This document shows positions 1 to 8,420 of a stretch of DNA of 33,768 nt, one piece after another. This DNA comes from Cirrosporium novae-zelandiae (Eukaryota), in NCBI GenBank assembly GCA_026023565.1, contig JAPETS010000018.1, forward strand, positions 620,001 to 653,768, in the 5' to 3' direction. Numbering within the stretch: position 1 is the stretch's first letter; each line of letters opens with the position of its first letter. The notes under the pieces were generated by a model. The model worked only from the letters and a program-made list of their open reading frames with translations. It searched no databases and was not told where the DNA came from. A program made the translations under genes and the position numbers.

Positions 1-660
1 GAGGTTGGTTTTCTGATGACTTTGGGATTAGGGGGATAAGGGAGAGGAGAAGGAGAAAGGCGGGAATTTGAATGAATGAATAAATGAGGAGTGTTGAATT
101 ATCAAAAAAACCTAACTAATTGTCTGATTGATATTACTATGTTACTACGTTACTAACCAAACCTATATTATCCTATTGCGTAATATACATAATACATCAA
201 CCATATATAAAACATATGGATGGCGCATACTACAAGACATAACTCCCCAAAGGGAAGGGGGGAAGGGGGGAAGGGATTAGGTCTAGTTAGAGGGGGGGTA
301 TTTAGGAAGTAGGAAGTATAGATGGTGAATAGGCTTGATATAAAGTTAGTTTATTCAAGCAAGCAAGCAACGGAAAATTACTTTTTTTTTTTTTTTATAT
401 TAGCTACTTATTTGTGGATGAGGGAGTTGTAAGTTAACTCGGTTCCAGAGGTTGTTATGAATCCTCACCACCAGTCAACTGGTAGTGATGTGGTTACAAA
501 AAAAATCGATAGGACCTTCTGACAGAAGTATTGATAGATGATCTATTTTTTTTCTTTCCTTCTTTGTTTCTTCTCTAACCTATTCATCCATCTATTCAAT
601 ACCATTCACTCAATTTCCTCACCACCCCTGCTACTTACTCCTACCACTACTATTACTTCC

Positions 661-1853
661 TCAATTCTTAGCATCCCTCTCAGCCTCCTTCTCCAACCTC
701 CCCTCAATCTCCACAATCGGTTTCAAAACCTCCCCATACCCCTCCCACACCTTATCCCCATCTCCCGGAAACCCTCCCTTCATAGGCGCCCTAGTCCCAT
801 CCTTCTCCCCAAACCCCAAAACCCTAGAAATCGCCTCCTTAATCCCCACCGTGCCATACTTCGCCACAACCTCCTCCCCGCGACTCCAATAAAACTGCAA
901 CCTCTGCAGCTCCTCCGCATTTTTAGGTGTGATTCCTCCTTCGGCGAAGTAGCGGTTGTAGAGGTGTACGATGGTGCGGGGAAATATTCCGGCAAGGCCG
1001 TCGATGGTGCCGGCGCAGTTTACTGAGAGTACGGGGAGGAGGTGCTGGCCCATTCCTGTGAAGGTGGCGAATTTTGAGCGCGGGATGGACGGGTTGCAGG
1101 CGATTTGGAGGTGGGTGGATACGTCGCCGTGGGAGAGCTTGCAGCCGACTATGTTGGGGTGGAGGGCGAGGGTGGCGAAGGTTTGGGGGGTTATGGTCAG
1201 GTTGTTGCTTACGCCTGGGTAGTGGTATCTGGAAGGGGGGAGTATTAGTGTTTGTTAGTTGGTTGATGGATAGGTTGGTGGGTTGGTTTGAGATAGAACA
1301 TGGGATATGAAATCAAATGAACCGAAAGACTTCAGAAAAAACTCACATCAAAATCGGAATAGGACTCTGCCTAGCCACAGCCTCATACCACTCAATAATC
1401 CCCTCCTGACTAACCACAGGCGCAAAATACCCCGGCGCGAGCACCATACCCCACTGGCACCCTGCCTCCTTCGCATCCCTAAGCAGCTCAACCGTGGCCC
1501 CGATCTCCTGCGTCGCTGTCCCCGCTACAATCGGATAGTCTGGAAATCCCGCCGCGTCCAGCGCAGCACGGTAGTGCTTCAGCAGCGCCATGCGCTCCGC
1601 ATTGGAGATCGCGATCGCTTCGCCCGTGGAACCGAGGACCACTTGGCCTACAATGCCGCATTTTGCTAGATACACGGCGTGCTTTGCTTGTGTTTGGAGA
1701 TCGAGGGGCGCTGCATAGCTGTTGTAGTTTTCGGCGGATTTGGGAACGAAGAAGGTCTGAGAAGGGGGTTAGTTTGTGAGAGGAGCTGGTGGCAAAGAAG
1801 GGGTCACTTGCCGGTACGGGGACATACACCCCTGGTGGTGGTGGGGAAGCCAT
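661..1853 (-). CDS. LRA4: DHDPS/NAL-family class I aldolase, LRA4-like (2-keto-3-deoxy-L-rhamnonate aldolase); exons 1853-1812, 1756-1347, 1228-661; 339 aa
   Basis: The spliced translation gives MASPPPPGVYVPVP|TFFVP...VVLGSTGEA...ILI|YHYPGVSNN...HPNIVGCKLSHGD...TGMGQHLLPVL...GIKEAI...RAPM. GSTGE, the catalytic Tyr and the Schiff-base Lys are all present. The YPGVSNN and KxSHGD motifs match yeast LRA4 as I recall it, rather than GaaC-type aldolases. Exon sum is 1020 nt. Intron 1 is GC-AG; intron 2 is GTGAGT..CAG. Confidence 0.85.
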
Positions 1854-2456
1854 TTCTGGGTAAGAATGAGAAGATTGTGAAGGGTGGAGAGGATGTCGGT
1901 GTCGATGTTATCTGTATCTGCGGTAAAAGTTCAGGTGAATAGTAGCAAAGTCCTCAAACACAATTAACCAAAAATAATAATAAACAAAAAAAGTATCTAA
2001 AGCCGGTCGGGAATTAACTACGTTATATATCCCCAACATCATGAAAAAAGGGATCTTAATGCCATCACTTATCGCCCAAAGCCGACGGGTTGTTGGTACG
2101 ATAAAACGTAGCAATGACGGAAATAATCGCAAACTCAACACCCCACATAAACCAACCTCCGGCCCCGATTCGCCCTGCCCCTCCCCCACATTTCGCGACA
2201 ATGATGCCCCGAACCTTTGGAGCTTCAAACGCCGAGGGGTTTGCCCGTCGGCCCAATTGCGATACGACAAAGCCTTGGAAACAAGGAAGGAAATAAATAA
2301 TTGGAATTCCCTGCAATCATGCTGTCGTATTCAGTCCCTTCGGATATAATATATCCATATCATCGCATCGTTCCTTCTAGCCGTAATTGAATAATCGTTG
2401 TCGCTGTTATCGTTGTTGTTGTTGTTGTTGTTGTTGTTGTCGTCGTCACCATAGCC
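1854..2456. promoter_or_regulatory. Shared divergent promoter region of the aldolase and lactonase genes
   Basis: 603 bp between two head-to-head start codons. It contains several CGG triplets and CCCCAC (CreA-like SYGGRG) matches near 2141 and 2185; individual sites are not validated. Confidence 0.55.
2412..2447 (+). repeat. (GTT)n/(GTC)n microsatellite just upstream of the lactonase start codon
   Basis: Directly visible run gttgttgtt...gtcgtcgtc. Confidence 0.9.
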
Positions 2457-3602
2457 ATGGCAAATGAACAAATCCCGATAATCGATACCCATATTCACCT
2501 CTTCTCAGCTTCCGAGCTCGAGACCCTCGCTTGGGCCACCGGCAAACCTTCAAATCCTCTTTACGCTCAACACTCCATTTCCGAATATCGAGCTGCTACA
2601 GGCTCTCCAGCAAATCTTCAGGGTTTTGTGTTCCTCGAGACAGACAGGATCCAGAACCTAGATGATGAGGCTGGCTGGAAGTATCCATTAGAAGAGGTGG
2701 ACTGGCTAAGGAGAATTGTAGAGGGAACTCCGAGAGAGGGGGAGGGACATCAACCTGCGGATGCAGATTTATGTTTGGGTATTGTTCCATGGGCGCCTTT
2801 ACCCCTCGGCCGGAAAGCTGTTGCGAAATATGTGAGTTTGGTGCAAGAACGGGCGGGGTTGAAGGGGTGGCCGAAGGTGAAGGGATTTAGATATTTGGTT
2901 CAGGATAAGCCTCCGGGAGTTATGTTGGGAGAGGGTTTTATTGATGGGTTAAAATGGATAGGGGAGATGGGATTTACGTTTGATTTGGGGGTTGATCAGA
3001 GGAGTGGTGGGGATTGGCAGCTGGAGGAGGCAGTGGAGATGCTGGAAAAGGTTACTGAGGGTGTGAAGGAGGAGAATATGGTTAGGATGGTGATAAGTAA
3101 GTGGGATATTTTTTCTTAATTCTTTTTTTCAAACCCCAAGTCGATGGTATGACAGCACAGTAATTATGCTAATAAATAACCTGGTACAGATCACCAATGC
3201 AAACCTAATATGCGAGTAAAGCCAGAGAACACGCCAAAAGATGCCTCCTTCCAGGCGTGGAAATCCCTCGTTCAAAAAATGGCAGCTTTTCCCAACACAT
3301 GCATGAAACTCTCAGGTGGCTTTGCCGAGCTTCCTCCCCAGGATCCTACTTCTCCTTGGCCAATCCAGAAAATTGTGGATCACATACGACCCTGGACAGA
3401 TATCACATTCGAGGCGTTTGGGACAAGTCGAGTGTTGTTCGCGAGTGATTGGCCGGTGTGTAATCCAGGAGGAGCGGGGAATGGCCATGCATGGGGGAAT
3501 TGGAGAAGAGTGGTGGAGACATTGTGTGAGGAGAGGGGATTGAGTCGAGAAGAAAAGGGGATGGTGTTTAGTGGGAATGCGAGAAAGTGGTATAATCTGT
3601 GA
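2457..3602 (+). CDS. LRA2: Amidohydrolase_2 family, L-rhamnono-gamma-lactonase (LRA2-like); exons 2457-3096, 3190-3602
   Basis: Motifs PIIDTHIHL, FVFLETDR, GFRYLVQDKP, FDLGVD, IN|HQCKP (restored by splicing a 93-nt GTAAGT..GCTAAT..CAG intron), MKLSG and FASDWPVC. It is divergent from the LRA4-like gene. Confidence 0.85.
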
Positions 3603-5040
3603 GACATACATGACCTCTTCATACGATTTATGACATCGACGATTAGTATAAAAAAAGATACCCAATGAATAAAAACAAGTGGATGCAATCTAGACCTCAA
3701 GAGTGACACGCTGTCAGGATCTTCAATTATCCTATAAGCATTATTGCTTGGTGGGCGGCTTTTAAATATTCCCATAGAATAGTGCAGATAAAGCTTGTGA
3801 GAACTAATCAATCCGGCTTCAAAACAAGACCCTGTCTCTAAAAAAGTAACATCTGCGCCTTAAAAGTGTATCCCATTTGCAAGGGACACCAAAAGAGGTC
3901 TTAAATTCTCCTAGAACTCTCCTCCGTCCTAATTCCCGCGTTTCTCAAACCCTATGCTAATCAAAGGCCATCCCGGAAGTATCTGGGGTATGCTCCCTAT
4001 CTTACACACAGAACCAGTCAATTTATATCTATAGCAAGTGTCGAGAATATTAAATCAAAGGAATTCTGGAAAGCGGGATTGGAGTTTCTTTTTTTTGGGG
4101 GGGGGGGGATACTCTTCAGTCACGAGGTTCTATATTAGGCTTGGTGATTATAGCTAGCAGTTGTTGCGACAAGAAAGTAGAGATATATGGACCCTACATG
4201 AAGAATGCTCGTCATTGCAGATGTACTTCTTTTATCACATTCACTAGCACCGTCGCCGCTATTGTCTTTGGTAGTCATTTTTTTTCTAGCTGTATGATTT
4301 ATGAGGATCGTTAGACCAACCTCTAGTATAACCATTTGTTCTAAATGTTCCTAGTCCGATCTGGCTCGAGGGTTATGATAATCAGTGATGATAAATAGTT
4401 GAATTTGTCTTCTTTCGGCTGTCAGCACTGCCAATAGTATTTTATATATACATATATCAAACCCCATCTCCAGATAATAATCCTTCGATTCTTTGGTGGG
4501 TTCCCCCGGCTTTTGAACTCCACCGAAGCTGTTGCTGCCCGCTCGTACCTCTTAATTTGTTTGCCGTTCTGGAAATCATATTATATCATGCATTTCTAAG
4601 GTACAGGTCCCGTTAGTTTCACATAGTACCAATTTGCTAGGGCGAGAAAGGAAGCAAGTGCACATACCAAATCGGAGGAAAAGAGGCAACAGATATTCCT
4701 TTTTCTTCAACTCGAATGATGAGGGTCGGTCTACCAACGGGCCTGCAACTAACTAGCTAGTTGGGATCTCTAAGAAGATACAACCGTGCTAGATAGGTAT
4801 CTATGCCCGGCTGGGTATTCCACCAAGGGACGAAATTCATTTCGTTTATTTTAGTTCAATTCGCCTCGATATTTTGGTCGCGTTATAGTGGTGGAAGTAT
4901 GTCGCATTAGACGGAGTGGTGTGTATCTCATTCCATTGAGATGAAAGTCGCATTGATCGATGGGAGATTTATAAGACCGTTGGTATCTGACGAGGAGAAT
5001 GGTGAGAAGAGATTCCCTTTATTACTCGGGTTCGTGGCTA

Positions 5041-5172
5041 TCATTCGTGGATCACTTCAATGGTACTCCTCGGGGGAGGATGGTAGCCGTCGCGGTGAAC
5101 GGCTATATTGAAGATAAGCATCAGAACTGTGAAGAGGAAGGGCGTAAGGCAGATAAGGAGGAACGCCTCCAT
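5041..5172 (-). CDS. Possible 43-aa single-pass membrane micropeptide (MEAFLLICLTPFLFTVLMLIFNIAVHRDGYHPPPRSTIEVIHE)
   Basis: ATG in ACCATC-ATG-G context, a hydrophobic run of about 23 residues, then a polar tail. It is below the ORF-track cutoff and I recognise no homolog. Confidence 0.25.
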   Translation of the reverse strand: MEAFLLICLTPFLFTVLMLIFNIAVHRDGYHPPPRSTIEVIHE

Positions 5173-5769
5173 GATGGTCGTAGTTATTTTGGGTGGTACT
5201 TTAAGTTGAGCAGGTAATGACGGTGAGGAGGAATATTACTAGGTTCAAAGGAGGAAGGGAAAGCAAGCTTTGAGAAAATAGAATATCAAAATACAGTGCA
5301 GAATGAATTGCTGAATATATTGGAATAGAAAGTAAGTAATAAAATGAAGAAGAGTGTAGAAATATGTTAGACTTCCCTCAAGCAAGGGACACGACAAGAC
5401 TCCTGAAATGGAGATAATTTAAAGCATCATCGCTATTTAGGGAATGTCAGCCCATTGCGCCTAAGGTATCGTTCTGTATCGTACGTATTCAAACTAGAGA
5501 TAAGACGAGCCACTATTCTAAGGTCAATTGTTGTCTGACGAGGATTTGCTGGAGGCATTCTCATCGAGTTAATTGCTATGGATGACGATTATTTCATGAA
5601 TTGGGATGCAATGGAGAATAATGATGGTCGTCCTGTGTAGTCAACTTTGTAAACAGCAGCTCGAATCGCGACTCAACCAACATTACGTCATAGCTTAAGG
5701 GGGATGGCAGATCTATTTTAGTTTGACTTAAAGAGTAGAGTTGATGTGCTTTCGAAAGTAATTATAATG

Positions 5770-5812
5770 TAAATAATGCGAATAATGCGAATAATGCGAA
5801 TAATGTAAATAA
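5770..5812 (+). repeat. Short tandem repeat (AATAATGCG/AATAATGTA)
   Basis: aataatgcg repeated three times, with flanking variants. Confidence 0.8.
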
Positions 5813-6370
5813 GAAAAAATAATTCAAGTAAATCAACAAGGAGTCTTCAGAGACAGACCCATCAGGATTGAATGTCCTGTTATTCTGTTGCCTGGGTATT
5901 ATTCTTTAAATGACAAAAAAGCCCCTCAAGGTAATTACATGTAACTTTGGTAATTTGGCAGCCTGAGGCTTATCGCAACGGGTGTGTTCCGCTCAACTCA
6001 ACTCAGCTCATATCAGGTTCCCCGCCGTGCCCGCCAAGTGAACTTCAACAAATCATTGCTTCGAGTTATTCCAGAATGCTGTAGCCTATCAATGATGAGG
6101 CATACAGCCATGAAATTCTACCACAGGACCATGGTTGCGACAATCCTCCATTGAAGCCACGTTCATAAAGCTTACCCTTAGCTGCTGATGATATCCGGTT
6201 ACTGTCCAGGCAGACGTATTTTTTGATTCTGGATATAATAACCCAGAACAACATCGTAGATCATACAAAGACCCCACTAACCAGCCAAGCAACCCTCCAA
6301 CCCTTTGAATCAACATCCCCTCCACAAGATACACATGTGCCTATCCAAACTTCCGTAAACTCCCCTCACA

Positions 6371-7523
6371 ATGATCAGCCCCAATTTTTCCCGCAGCACC
6401 GTCAAGGACGTAACCTTCACACCCGTCGGATGGACCTCAAGTCCAAAGATCGAGCGAAGCACCCTCACATCATGTACCTTCCACGCGCTGGACGAGAATA
6501 CCCGGGTGGAGCGCTCCAACCTCAATAACGTCGTGATCGAAACCCTCATGAAAACCAACTTCCACTCCAAACTCCGCGTCGAACGTTCCGATATCAAAAA
6601 CTCCCTGCTGAGCGATGGCCTGCCCAACACGGCCGAGGTGGCTGACCTCGACAAATCCAGATCCTATTACTGGAATGCCTACATCGAAAGAAGCGATATC
6701 AAGGACTCGAGGATGCTGGGGAAATTCCAGCTGGAGCGTAACACAATACAGACCTCCTCCATCGCAGACAGCAACATCCAGCGCAGCACCCTAAAGGAAA
6801 GTATCGTTTCAGGAAAAACCAAGATCGAGCGCAGCGAGCTAAATGCTTCCACCGTCATCACCTCCCCCTCCCCCTCCTCATCTTCAAACACCAGCAGCAG
6901 CAATATCCAACGAAGCACACTCCACTCAAGCCGCATCACAAACAGTGGAATTGACAGGTGTTCCCTAAAGCACTGCAAGATCTCAAACTCGTATTTATCG
7001 AGGTGCAATTTGGAGGGGATGGTGGTGGAGAACGGGAGGTGGGAGAACAACGAGCTAGTCAAGCAGCTTGGAGATAGTGATCCAGTTATGAGGAAGATTG
7101 TGGATGAGCCTGAGGAGCAACCACAAGCCCAGTACGAGAAACAGGTCGGTTTTCCTTTTTTCCCTTCTCTTTCCCCCATCATTACCCTCCCCTAGCCTGC
7201 AGACCTCACACACACACACACACACACACCACAACACCAACTAACGTCAACAGTCCTACCAACCCTCCCAACAACCCTCCTCCCCCCCAAAACCCGACGC
7301 CGACATAACCATCCCCCCCAACACCCCCCTCCACATCCACATTGCCGAAATGCCCTCCGCATCCTCAAACCCCAACCCATCAACAGAAACAAGACGTGAA
7401 AAAGACGAAGTGGAGAAGCATTGGTCTACGCTTGAGGATTCAGACCCCGACCAAGAAATAAGGTCGAATAATGGACCTGGATTGAGGCAGCCTAGTGATA
7501 GTCCGCCGCCTTATCGAGCGTGA
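6371..7523 (+). CDS. Uncharacterised protein with ~11 [ILVF]xR[SNC]x[LIV] repeats (predicted beta-solenoid) and a Pro-rich tail ending PPPY; exons 6371-7144, 7254-7523; 347 aa
   Basis: ACA-ATG start with an in-frame upstream stop. The phase-0 intron 7145-7253 reads GTCGGT..CTAAC..CAG. Exon 2 stays open for 90 codons and ends SDSPPPYRA*. Confidence 0.75.
7206..7229 (+). repeat. (CA)n microsatellite inside the intron of the repeat-protein gene
   Basis: Directly visible. Confidence 0.9.
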
Positions 7524-8420
7524 GAATAAAAAGGGGGGTGGAAGGAGGGAGAGATTGTAATTGAGGAGTTGTACTGTACTCATTGATGGCACAGTAGACC
7601 AACCAACCGACCAGAAGAGAAGGAGTACAGTTGCGCTGGCACGACTCCTTCATTTCCCATTTACCGTTATTAATGAAATATCCTTCTTAAAGTGAAGTTT
7701 TTCGAACAAATTACGATTCCCATTCCTATTCCTATCTATCATTCTATTTGGTTTTTTTTTCTTTTTTTTTGGATAAGTGTTAGGACGGCGCAGCCATGTT
7801 ATATATATCCCTATGTTCTGATATCCTAACACTGGGATATCAGCTACCCCACGTCCATGTCTTTTTTTAGCTTTGGCTTTGGCTTTATAGTTACTTACCT
7901 AGGTAGGTAAGAAAGAAAAAAAGAAAGAATGAGTGTTTTGTTGGCTTGTTACTCGCCTTGTCCCTTTTAACAAATAATAGGGTTGGTTTGGTTTGGGTTG
8001 GTGAATGGAATGGAATAGGATGGGTTTTTTATTTTCTAATTTAGAGAGAAAAAGGAGAATGTAATCTTCCTTCTTTGGATTGGATTAGATTCGATGAGAT
8101 GAGATGAGATGGTTTTTCGGTTCTTCATATTCAACTCATATTCACAACCACAACAGTATTTATTTATGCCTTTCATATTAGTTTCATTATCTATACCTAA
8201 TTATATAAATCATAGATATTACCAGCACTCTATAGTAGCTAGCCCCTTTTTCGGCTACAGTACTAATCCCAATAATTAACCCAATACTAAACCACCAATG
8301 CTAAACCACCATCCATAAAAATAAGCAAATAGGTCCCCCCCCCTTTTTCTTTTTGAAATCCCAAAAACTCCGGCGCTTTGTAATAATGCATCCCAATCCA
8401 ACTCAACCCAACCTGATTAA

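Noticed and set aside
538..1669. Plus-strand ORFs over the aldolase, and similar antisense ORFs within DUF2828, DLD1 and RPB2
   Set aside because: These are shadow ORFs of real genes with no recognisable motifs.
4386..4780. C/D snoRNA suggested by RTGATGA matches near 4386 and 4716
   Set aside because: There is no suitably placed CTGA D box or terminal stem.
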